NCBI GenBank assembly: GCA_964016885.1
Contig: OZ024759.1
Span: forward strand, 25,234,001 to 25,298,000
Origin: Eledone cirrhosa
Lineage: Eukaryota
DNA length: 64,000 nucleotides
Reading direction: 5' to 3'
Shown: positions 1 to 13,589 of the stretch, piece by piece
Numbering within the stretch: the first letter of the stretch is position 1
How the letters are laid out: each line of letters begins with the position of its first letter
The notes under the pieces: generated by a model
What the model was told of the DNA's origin: nothing
The model's database searches: none
The model's input: only the letters and a program-made list of their open reading frames with translations
Position numbers and translations under genes: made by a program

Positions 1-345
1 GCATTACCACCACATCTTTCAGTGACCACAACTGCTTAACCTCCCAAACTAACCTGTCGTATCTATCAACATTTCCCCTTCTTTATCACATCCCTTGTTA
101 TCACCTGGACAGGCTATATATATGATCCAACACTGTTTGCTTTCTTTCTCAATTAATACAATATCTGGTCTCCTATGCTCAATCTTATGGTCACATTGCA
201 TCATCATTTTCGATAATACCCTCAGAGTTATATTCATATCACTTTTCTGCTGTCAAGTGCATATTTGCCACAAAGTGCCCAAAGGACTCTCCTTGCTTCG
301 GTGTCATGACATCTCTTATATTCTTTCTGAGTTAGTGATGTACAT
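1..345 (-). mobile_element. Decayed RLE-type (R4/Dong-like) non-LTR retrotransposon fragment, restriction-like endonuclease region
   Basis: Minus-strand translation gives CTSLTQKEYKRCHDTEARRVLWALCGKY, then (frameshifted) QCDHKIEHRRPDIVLIEKESKQCWIIYIACPGD and LVWEVKQLWSL. This matches the RHD and RPDIV..D..P motifs of RLE domains. Confidence 0.8.
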
Positions 346-369
346 TATTATTATTACTATTATTGAAAA

Positions 370-595
370 CAGTGGATTGGCAGTATCAGTGGAGCGTCAG
401 ACACCATGCTTTGCAACATAGAGTTACGGCCCTGTATGATCTGAGTTCAAATCCCACCCTAGATAACTTTGCCTTTCATCCTTACAGGGTCGATAAAATA
501 AAGTACCAGTCAAGCACTGGGGTTGATTTAATTGACTTTCCCCTTCCTCAAAATTGATGGCCTTGTGCCTATATAAGAAACCATTGTTATTATTA
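370..595 (+). mobile_element. tRNA-derived SINE, family A
   Basis: A-box-like TGGCAGTATCAG, B-box GAGTTCAAATCC, central GCCTTTCATCCTTACAGGGTCGATAAAATAAAGTACCAG and an (ATT)n tail. More than 10 copies occur in the window. Confidence 0.9.
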
Positions 596-599
596 TTAT

Positions 600-795
600 T
601 GGCACTATTGGTAGAGGGTTGGACGCCATGCTTTGCAACATAGAGTTACGGCCCTTTATGGTCTGAGTTCAAATCCCACCGAGGTTAACTTTGCCTTTCA
701 TCCTTACAGGGGCGATAAAATAAAGTACCAGTAATGCACTGGGATAATTGCTGGCCTTGTGCCAAAAGTAGAAACAATTATTATTATTATTATTA
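600..795 (+). mobile_element. tRNA-derived SINE, family A (second tandem copy)
   Basis: Same boxes and central domain; starts directly in the (ATT)n tail of the previous copy. Confidence 0.9.
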
Positions 796-802
796 TTGAA
801 AG

Positions 803-1031
803 CAGTGGATTGGCAGTATCAGTGGAGCATCAGACGCCATGCTTTGCGGCACAGAGTTATAGCCCTTTACTTTCTAAGTTCAAATCCTGTCGAGGTTAGC
901 TTTCCCTTTCATGCTTACAGGCGTTGATAAAATAAAATACCAATAATGCACTGGGGTCGATTTAATTGACTTTCTCCTCCCCAAAAATTGCTGGCCTTGT
1001 GCCTAAATCAAAAACCATTATTATTATTATT
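803..1031 (+). mobile_element. tRNA-derived SINE, family A (third tandem copy)
   Basis: Same boxes, central domain and (ATT)n tail. Confidence 0.9.
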
Positions 1032-1254
1032 ACACAATTCTAAGCTCATCTCATCATCTCATTAATTATTGTTTCAATCAATACAATGCTAGATACATTT
1101 TCATATTTTGTGGGGGGTGGGGGCCTGGGGTTATCAGGGAGGGGCAGTGGAAGCGGAGGGGGCAATAGAAAAACTAGTCTGATGATATATCATGTGATAT
1201 TGAAAAATATTAGATTTAACTGAAGTGAGTTATGAAATCCAAACCACAACTTCG

Positions 1255-3560
1255 ATATGTGTGTTGGTGTGTGTCTGGTGGGAAGTATGTGTGTGAGCAT
1301 GTGTTAGTCTGTGTGTGTGTGCTTGTGTTGGTGTGTGTCTGGTGGGAAGTATGTGTCTGGTGGGAAGTATGTGTGTGGGCCTGTGTTAGTCTGTGTGTGT
1401 GTGCTTGTGTTGGTGTGTGTCTGGTGGGAAGTATGTGTGTGGGCATGTGTTAGTCTGTGTGTTGGTGCGTGTTGGTGCGTGTTGGTGTGTGTCTGGTGAG
1501 AAGTATGTGTGTGGGCATGTGTTAGTCTGTGTGTGTGTGCTTGTGTTGGTGTGTGTCTGGTGGGAAGTATGTGTGTGGGCCTGTGTTAGTCTGTGTGTGT
1601 ATGCTTGTGTTGGTGTGTGTCTGGTGGGAAGTATGTGTGTGGGCATGTGTTAGTCTGTGTGTTGGTGCGTGTTGGTGCGTGTTGGTGTGTGTCTGGTGAG
1701 AAGTATGTGTGTGGGCATGTGTTAGTCTGTGTGTTGGTGTGTGTTGGTGCGTGTTGGTGTGTGTCTGGTGGGAAGTATGTGTGTGGGCCTGTGTTAGTCT
1801 GTGTGTGTGTGCTTGTGTTGGTGTGTGTCTGGTGGGAAGTATGTGTGTGGGCATGTGTTAGTCTGTGTGTGTGTGTGTGTTGGTGTGTGTTGGTGTGTGT
1901 CTGGTGGGAAGTATGTGTGTGGGCATGTGTTAGTCTGTGTGTGTGTGTTGGTGCGTGTTGGTGTGTGTCTGGTGGGAAGTATGTGTGTGGGCCTGTGTTA
2001 GTCTGTGTGTGTGTGCTTGTGTTGGTGTGTGTCTGGTGGGAAGTATGTGTGTGGGCCTGTGTTAGTCTGTGTGTGTGTGCTTGTGTTGGTGTGTGTCTGG
2101 TGGGAAGTATGTGTGTGGGCCTGTGTTAGTCTGTGTGTGTGTGCTTGTGTTGGTGTGTGTCTGGTGGGAAGTATGTGTGTGGGCCTGTGTTAGTCTGTGT
2201 GTGTGTGTGTGTTGGTGTGTGTTGGTGTGTGTCTGGTGGGAAGTATGTGTGTGGGCATGTGTTAGTCTGTGTGTGTGTGTGTTGGTGCGTGTTGGTGTGT
2301 GTCTGGTGGGAAGTATGTCTGTGGGCCTGTGTTAGTCTGTGTGTGTGTGCTTGTGTTGGTGTGTGTCTGGTGGGAAGTATGTCTGTGGGCCTGTGTTAGT
2401 CTGTGTGTGTGTGCTTGTGTTGGTGTGTGTCTGGTGGGAAGTATGTGTGTGGGCCTGTGTTAGTCTGTGTGTGTGTGCTTGTGTTGGTGTGTGTCTGGTG
2501 GGAAGTATGTGTGTGGGCCTGTGTTAGCCTGTGTGTGTGTGCTTGTGTTGGTGTGTGTCTGGTGGGAAGTATGTGTGTGGGCCTGTGTTAGTCTGTGTGT
2601 GTGTGCTTGTGTTGGTGTGTGTCTGGTGGGGCGTATGTGTGTGGGCCTGTGTTAGTCTGTGTGTGTGTGCTTGTGTTGGTGTGTGTCTGGTGGGAAGTAT
2701 GTGTGTGGGCATGTGTTAGTCTGTGTGTGTGTGTTGGTGCGTGTTGGTGTGTGTCTGGTGAGAAGTATGTGTGTGGGCATGTGTTAGTCTGTGTGTGTGT
2801 GTTGGTGCGTGTTGGTGTGTGTCTGGTGGGAAGTATGTGTGTGGGCATGTGTTAGTCTGTGTGTGTGTGTGTGTTGGTGCGTGTTGGTGTGTGTCTGGTG
2901 GGAAGTATGTGTGTGGGCATGTGTTAGTCTGTGTGTGTGTGTTGGTGTGCGTTGGTGTGTGTCTGGTGGGGCGTATGTGTGTGGGCCTGTGTTAGTCTGT
3001 CTGTGTGTGCTTGTGTTGGTGTGTGTCTGGTGGGAAGTATGTGTGTGGGCCTGTGTTAGTCTGTGTGTGTGTGCTTGTGTTGGTGTGTGTCTGGTGGGAA
3101 GTATGTGTGTGGGCCTGTGTTAGTCTGTGTGTGTGTGCTTGTGTTGGTGTGTGTCTGGTGGGAAGTATGTGTGTGGGCCTGTGTTAGTCTGTGTGTGTGT
3201 GTGTGTGTTGGTGCGTGTTGGTGCGTGTCTGGTGAGAAGTATGTGTGTGGGCATGTGTTAGTCTGTGTGTGTGTGTGTGTTGGTGTGTGTTGGTGTGTGT
3301 CTGGTGGGAAGTATGTGTGTGGGCATGTGTTAGTCTGTGTGTGTGTGTTGGTGTGTGTCTGGTGGGGCGTATGTGTGTGGGCCTGTGTTAGTCTGTGTAT
3401 GTTGGTGTGTTGGTGTGTGTTTGGTGAGGAGTATGTGTGTGGGCCTGTGTTAGTCTGTGTGTGTGTTTTGGTGTGTGTCTGGTGGGGAGTATGTGTGTGG
3501 GCATGCGTTAGTCTGTGTTGGTGTGTGTACATTGGTATGTGCATGAATGTGTGTTGGTGT
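1255..3560. repeat. GT-rich minisatellite, about 64-bp unit
   Basis: Repeated GTTAGTCTGTGTGTGTGTGCTTGTGTTGGTGTGTGTCTGGTGGGAAGTATGTGTGTGGGCCTGT, with longer variants. Confidence 0.95.
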
Positions 3561-3980
3561 TAGTGTTAGTGCGCGTGTGTGTGTATGTTAGTGTATGTTG
3601 GTGTGCATGGGTATGTGATTGCGTATGTGTGTGTGTATTGATATGTGTATGTCAGTGTGTATGTTGCTGTGTGTGTATGTGTTAGTGTGTACAGCTCCAT
3701 ATAAAATGAAGAATTTATGCATGCTATTATCAGAATAAAGATAAGAGTTGAAATCTATTACACACACACACACATACTCATCCCTCCAGACCCCCATTTC
3801 AACAGCCCTCCTGTCCAACCTATGTATACAAGCATCGCAAACTGGATACACTCCACATCCACCCCACTTCCACCAGAGTGCTGGTGCCATAGCAAATAAA
3901 GCCCCCAGGTCACCCTGTAATGTGGTCACACACACACACATATACAGATACATACACATATATATGTATGTGTGTGTATG

Positions 3981-4011
<31 letters not shown>

Positions 4012-4486
4012 AATTTCGCTCTACATGGTTCAATACAATAAATCTAATCTGAGTTTTTTGAATATTAATAACAACATTCGATTCGTTTGCAATTATGCAA
4101 ACAAGCCTCAATTTTATAGCCATGTCAGTAAAATGGACACTTCATTCTTGCTCTTATGTTGGCATGCGAACAGAACTGCAGACACTAATGTTTCTGGATA
4201 TCACCCTTCATCAGTACAGCTCACTGTTCACCTGCCAAATTGTCAGAGCTAGTAAAAATATATGCTATTTTCAAAAATACACAGTGACTGATTGGCCTGA
4301 TTTGCATATTAGCAGACTGGCTGATGAGTCAGATCTGCATATTAGCAGATCCACTGCAAAGCCAGCCATTTATTGCTCGTATACAGGAAACTGACTGGCC
4401 AATCTGCTGATATGCAAATCTAGCTGATCAGTTTAATAATGATAATAATAATGTAGGCAAGTTATTTTAGATATTCATTTGATGAA

Positions 4487-4519
<33 letters not shown>

Positions 4520-4521
<2 letters not shown>

Positions 4522-4668
4522 TGTTCAAGACCCCAATGGCAGAGCTCAAGCCGTTTCGACAGCTATTTCTGGACTCTATTTACCCTAGTAATTCCTATTA
4601 CCAACTCTACTGCCCTAATTATTGAGTACTCTGGTGCGTTATGGTTCCAAACCACACTACCTTCATTT
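4520..4668 (+). mobile_element. Penelope-like terminal remnant (family of 56341-56540) between (TA)n tracts
   Basis: GACCCCAATGGCAGAGCTCAAGCCGTTTCG and the tail CTCTACTGCCCTAATTATTGAGTACTCTGGTGCGTTATGG match the 56.3-56.5 kb element. Confidence 0.6.
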
Positions 4669-4692
4669 TATATATATATATATATGTATATA

Positions 4693-5032
4693 TCATCATT
4701 CCATTCCATTTTATGTCCGCTTTTTCCCTGCTTGCAAGGGTGGGACAGGAACTGATTCTGGCTTGATTTCTACAGCTGGATGCCCTTCCTAACACCAACC
4801 TCATTTACAGTCTGGGCTGGGTGCTTTTTTGCCATGGCACCTCCACGATCACTTTGCAGTGGAATGATATGGACCCCAGTCCCTATCATCTCATTTCTAC
4901 AGCTGAGTAAACTGGAGCAATGTGAAATAAAGTGTCTTGCTCAAGGAAACAACACATCACCCAGTCTGAAAATTGAACTCACAACCGTTCGATTGCAAGG
5001 CCAATGCTCTAACCACTAAGCCATGTGCCTTC
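4693..5032 (-). mobile_element. tRNA/CORE-like SINE, family B, with RTE-derived 3' tail
   Basis: Minus strand reads head GGCACATGGCTTAGTGGTTAGAGC...GAGTTCAATT, CORE-like TCCTTGAGCAAGACACTTTATTTCAC, then a tail matching the RTE 3' UTR and (GAT)n. Confidence 0.85.
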
Positions 5033-5067
5033 ATATATATATATTTATATATATTTAATATAGAAAA

Positions 5068-5119
5068 GGCTTCTACATGGACTAGAACTGTTTCATTCGG
5101 GAAAAATCATCAGGAAGCC
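5068..5119 (-). ncRNA. Type I hammerhead ribozyme-like motif (family H1)
   Basis: Minus strand: GGCTTC-CTGATGA-TTTTTCCCGAAT-GAAA-CAGTTCTAGTCCATG-TA-GAAGCC, giving a 6-bp stem I, an intact core and a GUA cleavage triplet. Confidence 0.7.
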
Positions 5120-5382
5120 CTACATATATTTATGCACATATATGTATATAGATGTATGTATATACATATATGTATATATGAACTAAATGTGTGCACTCCC
5201 AACAGTTGATTGCAGCCGCATTACTGCAATTCACCAGATTCATTGAGTGAGCTAGACACTGGCTGGGGGACACTGAATTTATACCAATGATCTTTGTTAC
5301 TTTTATTGTATGTATATACATATATATATATATGTATGTATGTATGTATATATATATATATGTATGTGTGTATATATACATG

Positions 5383-5446
<64 letters not shown>

Positions 5447-5447
<1 letters not shown>

Positions 5448-6251
5448 CAGCAATGTTGCATGGCAGTGAGACCTGGGCATTGTGTGCAGAGGATATACGC
5501 AGACTAGAGAGGAACGAAGCTTGCATGCTCCGCTGGATGTGTAACAGTAATATACGTGAACGGCAAAGCATAAACGAACTAAGGAAAAAATTAGAAATAA
5601 GAGGGATCAGATGTGGTTTACTCGAGAGAAGGCTACGTTGGTATGGACACGTGATACGCATGAAAGTCGATAGCTGTATAACAAAGTGCAGGGCAATAAA
5701 GATAGACGGTAGCCACGGAATAGGCAGACCTAGAAAAACCTGGGACGAGCTGATAAACTCCGACCTCACACACTTACACCTCTCCAAGACAATGTCACTG
5801 GACCGAGACCTTTGGCGGTACTCAGTAACAGAGAAGACCCGCCTTACCTAAATACATAGTAAAACCTACAACAGCCAGTAGGCATCTCTAACAAAATACA
5901 CCCCGTCCCACCACCACCACCCCCACCCCATCCACGCCACCCCGTTCTATGTAAAGTTATGTTGGTGCCGCGCCATCCAGGCCGAAACAAATGAGATCGT
6001 GTAGGTGTCACGACAAAAAAACACACAGTCCACGCTGTAATGTGGCCGTGTAGGCAACACGGTAAAAACCTCCCAGACCCACACTGTAAATGTGGTTGGT
6101 GTTAGGAAGGGCATCCAACTGTAGAAAACCTGCCAGACAGTCCTATGCGAGCAAGACAATCACTCTTGCCTCAAGTGGGACTACCCCCGTCCAAACCCAT
6201 GCAAGCGTAGAACACGGACGTTAAACGTTGATGATGATGATGATGATGATG

Positions 6252-6253
<2 letters not shown>
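5447..6253 (+). mobile_element. 5'-truncated RTE LINE (ORF2 C-terminus to 5851, 3' UTR, (GAT)n tail)
   Basis: [10 protein letters not shown]...[12 protein letters not shown]...GRPRKTW motifs; nearly identical to the 3' part of 25332-26386. Confidence 0.92.
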
Positions 6254-6969
<716 letters not shown>

Positions 6970-7137
6970 AGAACATAATATTTATGTGGTTGTATATGAC
7001 ACTGGACTACCAAACTACCAATCTGCCATGACAACACCATATTTACTTGCAAAGATCTGAGTGATATTATAATTATATGATTAGAGTGTTTGTTGTGTCA
7101 GGAATCAGGAATAAAATAACTAATACAAAACATAACA

Positions 7138-7218
<81 letters not shown>

Positions 7219-7337
7219 CCACCCTTGCAAGCAGGGAAAAGCGGACGGAAAATGATGATGATGATGATATATATATATATAGAGAGAGAGAGGGAGATGT
7301 TAGAAATATATTATAGGAATCAATCTTCAATACTTCA

Positions 7338-7685
7338 CAGTACTGTACCATACTGTACTGTACCATACTGTATTATGCTTCACTGTACTGTATTGTGCCA
7401 CACTGTACTACACTGTACTGTACCATACTGTACTGTGCCTTACTGTACTGTACCACACTGTGCCATACTGTACTGTTCCACACTGTGCCATACTGTACTG
7501 TACCACACTGTGCCATACTGTACTGTACTGTACTGTACTGTGCCATACTGTACTGTACCACACTGTGTCATACTGTACTGTGCCATACTGTACTGTACCA
7601 CACTGTACTGTACTGTGCCATACTGTACTGTACTATACTGTACTGTACAGTATACCACACCATACTGTAGTGTACACAGTACTGT
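7338..7685. repeat. (TACTG)n-based pentanucleotide repeat
   Basis: Seen directly in the sequence. Confidence 0.95.
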
Positions 7686-8128
7686 GTGTTAGTGTTAGTC
7701 ATGCTATATATCTGTCTTGCATATCATATGAATTGATCCTAATGTCATGTACAATCTCATCTTTGAGACAAAACAGTATCGTTAATTATAGAGTTACATA
7801 CATACACACATACACACATACATATATATACATACATACATACATACATACATACATACATGTATGTATACAGAGAGAGAGTTTGAGAGAGGTAGATTGA
7901 GAGAGAACTAGATTGAGTGAGAGAGAGAGAGAGAGAGAGAGAGACACTCACACACATACAGAGAGACAGACACGTACGCATACACACATACGTACGTACA
8001 TACATACATACATACATACATACATACAGAGAGAGTTTGAGAGAGGTAGATTGAGAGAGAACTAGAGTGAGAGAGAGAGACAAACAGAGAGAGAGAGACA
8101 CACCCACAGGGAGAGAGAGACAGAGAGA

Positions 8129-8162
<34 letters not shown>

Positions 8163-8339
8163 CAGTGAGAGATAGAGAGAGACAGAGAGAGAGATGAATT
8201 CCACTCTTAAAGCTTGTTGTCAGTTAAGAGACTTGTTGTTAACAGGTTTAGAAAGGAATCTATAATTGCTGTCTTTTACTAACTGGCTTTGTGTGTGCAT
8301 AGATAACGCTCCCTACCTTCCACCACCACTATAAACTGA

Positions 8340-8375
<36 letters not shown>

Positions 8376-9179
8376 AATCAATGTATCTATCTATTTGTCT
8401 GTCTATCAATCCATCTACCCATATATCTGTCTTTTTATCAATCCATCTATCTATCTGTGTCTATTTATCTATCTGTCTATCTATCTATCTAGCTGTCTGT
8501 CTTCAGCCTGTAGGTTGAGGAAAAGGAGAAGGAGAGGAAAGGAGTACAAACTCTTCGTACTCCTGGAGATGAGGGTTGCACATTTTTTCGGGGGTATGTG
8601 TTACCCATATGAACTGTCTCCCCCTATTGGGGAAAATCGACTAATTTTTTTAATTGCATTTGTGATAATATTTTACACGTTTTTATTGAATGTAAACTTC
8701 CCCCTTTGTATCTGTCCCCTTCTTTTGTGCCCCTTTCTGTCTTTTAGGGAGTCTTCACCCTATTTTATAGCCTATCTTTATAGTATCTCAGCACATGAGC
8801 ACATCATTCGTTATATATATATATGTGTATAAAGAAAGTGCTCAAACACAGAAATGTTATAAAGATAGCTTATAAAATAGGGTGAACACCTTTAAAAGAT
8901 GGAAAAAGAAGTTGCCATCAGCTGCTATGAGGAATTGGAACCCATATCTTCCAGATACCAGCTAGACACATTAATCATTAAGCTAAGGACGCTTTGACAA
9001 AATCCTTCCTATCATTTTTTAATTAGATAGCTGGACAACTGCTTCCAGATGTCAGCAAGTGGGCAAAGAAACAGAAAAACTGAAAGACAGATATCCGTAT
9101 GTAAACAAATAATGTACAAAGCCAAATTTATATAAATATACATATATATATATATACACACACATATATATAAAATCAT

Positions 9180-9600
9180 CCTCATTTAAAGTCTATTTTC
9201 CACTCATGCATGGGTTTGACAGGTTGTGTTATAAAGCTGAACAAGTCAGCTGACCATGTATTGCTCATATGCTCCATTCTGGGCTTGGTTACCACAGCTT
9301 CACATCTTTCCTTAGGCCAACCACTTTACAGGGTGGTCTGGGTGCTTTTTATCATGGCACCAGCACCACTACTTTACAGGGTGGACTTGGTACATTTTAA
9401 TGTGCACCAGTACCAACACTTTACAGAGTGGACTGGGTGCATCTCATCTTGGCACCAGTACTACTACTCCACAGAATGGACAGAGCATTTTATCCTGACA
9501 CCAACACTACTACTTTACAGAGTGGACTGAGAGCATTTTATCCTGACACCAACACTACTACTTTACAAAGTGGACTACATGCATCTCATTATGGCACCAA
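9180..9600 (-). mobile_element. Degenerate RTE 3' UTR with an internal ~39-bp tandem expansion
   Basis: Repeated ACTACTTTACAGAGTGGACT...TTTTATCCTGACACCAAC units, similar to 33690-34650. Confidence 0.6.
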
Positions 9601-9659
9601 CCCCTATAGAGGTTGTCATACACTAGACTAGACTGAAGAATCCACATCAATTCCATATT

Positions 9660-10085
9660 ACCGTCAAAAGAATATATCCAAAGTGTTAAGGTAAAAGGAC
9701 GACTGTATGACGCCTATGTGCAAAATGTGAGGCTGTGTGGTAGTGAAACATGGGCAGTGACTGCGGAAGACATGTGAAGACTGGAGAAAAATGAAGCAGC
9801 CATGCTTCGTTGTATGTGAAACATAAATGTGAGAGAAAGACAGATGATCACTGAGTGAAGAAGTGTCAGGAAATGCCAGTGGAAAGAAGCGACAGTAGAA
9901 ATAGATTGAGAAAGACCTGGGCAGAGGTGGTAAGAGCTGACCTCAAATCACTGAGACTCACAGAGAAGATGATGAAGAAACATGGTGAGTGGAGTGTTGC
10001 TGTACTGAGAAGGACCCGTCCAACCCATGAAAGTGTGGGAAAATGGCATAAAAACAATGATGATGATGATAATAATGATGACGAC
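9660..10085 (+). mobile_element. Degenerate RTE LINE 3' fragment
   Basis: Broken GRLYDA..CGSETWAVT..LEKNEAAML and RKTWAEVVRADL motifs, with a (GAT)n tail. Confidence 0.8.
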
Positions 10086-11031
10086 TGATAAAATATTCCA
10101 ACACAGAATACATAATCTAAACATAGATCTTGATCTTTTCTTTATTCTAGTCTTTACATAATTGCCACCATAAATAATAAATGCTATTGGTCAGACATTA
10201 CAAACCTAATATATTTGCAAACTAATCCAGGCTTAAATGTATGTAAAACGGTATAAAAGACTGGAATGGAAGGAAACAGCGAAAGAAAAACGCATGGAAA
10301 GCATTTGTATTGGCGGTTTAGCCAATACAGAATACAGGTTTCCTTGGAAACAGTAAGACATAACATATCTAAGTTATGAGATCTGATTGAGTAAGTTATG
10401 GCTATGGCAATCCATAAAATATTGTCTTACTTAAAAGCTGTATTGATTTTGTAATTATGGAAAAGCATGGATTCCATGTGTTTGCAACGACTAGTTTAGA
10501 ACGGCTGAACATTCTGGTTGGTTGGTTAGAAACATAAGTATTTAGAATGCCTAATAGATAAAATACCAAACCTCACTTCCATCCCCTAATCCTCATCATG
10601 CCTATTCTTATATTTTCTCTTCACTTATCTGTGTCCTTAAATAGAACATAGCTTTACATTATTATCTCATACGCTGTGCATATTTAAATAAGACAAATCT
10701 ATAATACATCTACTCCTACGCTGAATAGTTAAATAAGACACAACCCCTTTTGAAGTCCTCTCACAATGTCCTTAAATATGACATGTCTTTTACAGCTCAT
10801 CTATTGTGTCTATAAATACACAGTAGGAAGATGTCAAATAGACACAGGCTGTAAATATCGAATATACTCAGTGTGTATATATCAAATAGACACAGTGTGT
10901 AGATAACTTGACAGGCACAGCGTGTGGATGTCAACTTGGTAGACACAGTACGTAGATGAGAAGAGCAACATGTATAAACTTCAGTAGAGCCTATATAGAC
11001 ATAACCTAACAGGGAATGTGGACATTACACA

Positions 11032-11070
<39 letters not shown>

Positions 11071-11073
<3 letters not shown>

Positions 11074-11973
11074 GGTGCGGACGATATTTGTTCTCAAGAT
11101 TACTGTCTAGGAAAAAATAACACAGTAGTTTTATCTTTAAAGATTTATTTATCAAACTTGGGTCAGTTTGTCTTCATGACTTGTTCTTTCGATCTCACTC
11201 GATAAACCTGCCATTGGCTTTGATGACGGCCTCAAGGCACCCTCGGAACTGGCTACAGGCCTTCGTCACTGTCCCCCAACTTAGGCCCCTAAAGGCACTT
11301 GTGATCCTGGCCTTCAGATCGTCTTTCGTATTGCAGCTAGATCTGTTGGTGTCTCGTTCCACTGTGCCTCACACAAAGAAGTCGAGGGGGTTGCAGTCAG
11401 GCGAGTTGAGAGGCCAGATATCTGGTGAAGTGTGGTCGACGAAGTTCTCTGACAGCCAGACTTGGGTCTTTCGGCTGATTTAGCAGGGCGCTGAGTCTTT
11501 CTGCCACACGTACGGCCTACCTGCAGCTACCTGGTCGATCCAGGGCTTTACTACCTCGCTCAGAACGCGGATGTAGCCATCGGTGTTCAGCTTGAGGCCC
11601 TCAGGGAAGAAGTGAGGTGGCATGACGTCACCTTGACTGCTGACGACACCTGTGCCTCCATGTGTCGCTGGAAACTTTGTCTGCATGACTCTGGGCACGT
11701 CTTTGGATGAGACAGCGAGCCACCTGTTGTTCTGGGAGTTGATCTTCTGGTCTTATTTTGGTCTTATTTATCCTCCCGGTGCAGATTCCAAGAAGAACTC
11801 TGTGTCTCTTCCACAAATTTCGAGGTTCAAAATTATTCATAATCAATTTTTCTGAAAATAAATAATGGAAATATAGTCACTGTTTTTATGAAGACAAGAG
11901 TGACAACGGAAGTAAAAAAAATGTTCATAAAATTAGCAGTTGAAAATTGCGAACAAATATCATCCGCACCCTA
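11071..11973 (-). mobile_element. Internally deleted Tc1/mariner transposon of the maT (DD37D) family
   Basis: TIRs CAGGGTGCGGACGATATTTGTTC / GAACAAATATCATCCGCACCCT sit in TA context. The transposase remnant reads YVWQKD-(37 aa, incl. WPLNSPDCNPL)-DFF and has in-frame stops. Confidence 0.9.
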
Positions 11974-11990
11974 TATATATATATATATAT

Positions 11991-12425
11991 ATATTGGTAA
12001 ACGGAATAGAAAATGCTGACAAATTGTTCACAGTTGAAAAATGGTTTAATTAGGAATAAAAGAGTATTAGTGATTGTATGGGTTAGTATTCAGTTGTGGT
12101 TTTAAGTTTTTAAGTTTTTACCGGTTGCTCATTTCTAAATGCTTTTCAAAAATAATTTTGAGATAGAGTGTCCGTGCTGTTTGCACAGATCAGAGCAAAC
12201 AGCACGGACACTCTATCTCAAAATTATTTTTGAAAAGCATTTAGAAATGCGCAACCGGTAAAAACTTAAAAACTTAAAACCACAACTGAATACTAACCCA
12301 TACAATCACTAATACTCTTTTATTCCTAATTAAACCATTTTTCAACTGTGAACAATTTGTCAGCATTTTCTATTCCGTTTACCAATATATAATAACTTGT
12401 GTGTTACACCTCTATTCTTTTAACT
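11991..12425 (+). repeat. ~400-bp palindrome (194-bp arms, 10-nt loop) plus 37-nt tail, flanked by (TA)n
   Basis: Arms 11991-12184 and 12195-12388 are reverse complements with one visible mismatch. Confidence 0.92.
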
Positions 12426-12480
12426 ATATATATATATATAGATATATATATATGTGTGTGTGTGTATACATATATGTGTG

Positions 12481-12518
<38 letters not shown>

Positions 12519-12656
12519 ATCACCATCATCATCACCGTTTTATGTCTCTTCTTCCACGCTAGCATGGGTTAGACGTGTTGTCCTGTTGTGGGCAGTGTCC
12601 GGTCGGCTGACCTTGTCTTGCTCATACAGTATATTGTTCATATTTATATATATATA

Positions 12657-12757
12657 CAGGGTACCTTCCCAAAATGAATACACACTTCAACAGCATTCTA
12701 ATAAATATTGCCTGTACAGGTAATCAAAGTGTATATACATTTTTTTGAGACACCCTA
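12657..12757. mobile_element. ~100-bp Tc1/mariner-type MITE
   Basis: Imperfect TIRs CAGGGTACC..AAAATGAATACACACTT / AAGTGTATATACATTTT..GACACCCT with TA flanks. Confidence 0.65.
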
Positions 12758-13384
12758 TATATAAATAGGCTAGCGTGGAAAATGGATGTTAAACAAAACC
12801 CACCCTGCATTACCCTATGTATTGAGTACTCCAACGATTAGTAGTCTCTCTGGTTTCAGCATTGCAGACTATACATATATACACACATAGATATATGCAT
12901 GCATACATATATACATAGATATATACATACATATATATAAGAAGGCACAGTAGAGGCAGACCAAGAAAGACCTGGGCAGAGGTTATGAGGGGTGATCTCA
13001 AATCACTGAAAAACAGACATAAAAACAGACATAAAAACGATGATGATGTTGATGATGATATGTACACACTCGGGTTTTCTTTTGAAGACAGTAACCGAGC
13101 AGAAGAGATTGTAGTGTATAAAGAGCGTTGTTGCTACAAGTCTTGAGAAATAATTGAAGACACAGTTGTCTGAAGCCGTTGTTAGTTCCAGCAGTGATAA
13201 AACAACAATTATGGTAAATGGTAAACGGTCTCTTCTGATTCCTCCACTGATTAACTGAAACATACCAGAACTAACAGATGGTATATTCCTCACACACATA
13301 TGCACAAAGACAAACACACACATGTGCCTATGTATATACACACATGCGCACACACACACACTCACATTATATATATATATATAT

Positions 13385-13543
13385 AAGGGTCGGACGCCAT
13401 GCTTTCCAGCATAGTTACGTCCCTTTACGATCTGAGTTCAAATTCCGCTGAGGTTGACTTTGCCTTTCATCCTTACGGAGTCGATAAAATAAAGTACCAG
13501 TAATGCACTGGGTAATTGCTGGCCTTGTGCCTAAAGTAGAATC

Positions 13544-13548
<5 letters not shown>
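13385..13548 (+). mobile_element. 5'-truncated SINE, family A
   Basis: B box, central domain and tail are present. Confidence 0.88.

Positions 13549-13582
<34 letters not shown>

Positions 13583-13589
<7 letters not shown>

Noticed and set aside
370-460. tRNA genes at A/B-box motifs
   Set aside because: No cloverleaf; these are SINE heads followed by SINE body and tail.
1216-3563. Cys/Val/Trp-rich ORFs
   Set aside because: Translations of the GT-rich minisatellite.
4320-4370. CTGATGA followed by a 7-bp hairpin as a hammerhead
   Set aside because: No GAAA after the stem, and no stem I or III.
10338-10351. RFX X-box-like GTTTCCTTGGAAAC
   Set aside because: Single short motif with no supported nearby promoter.
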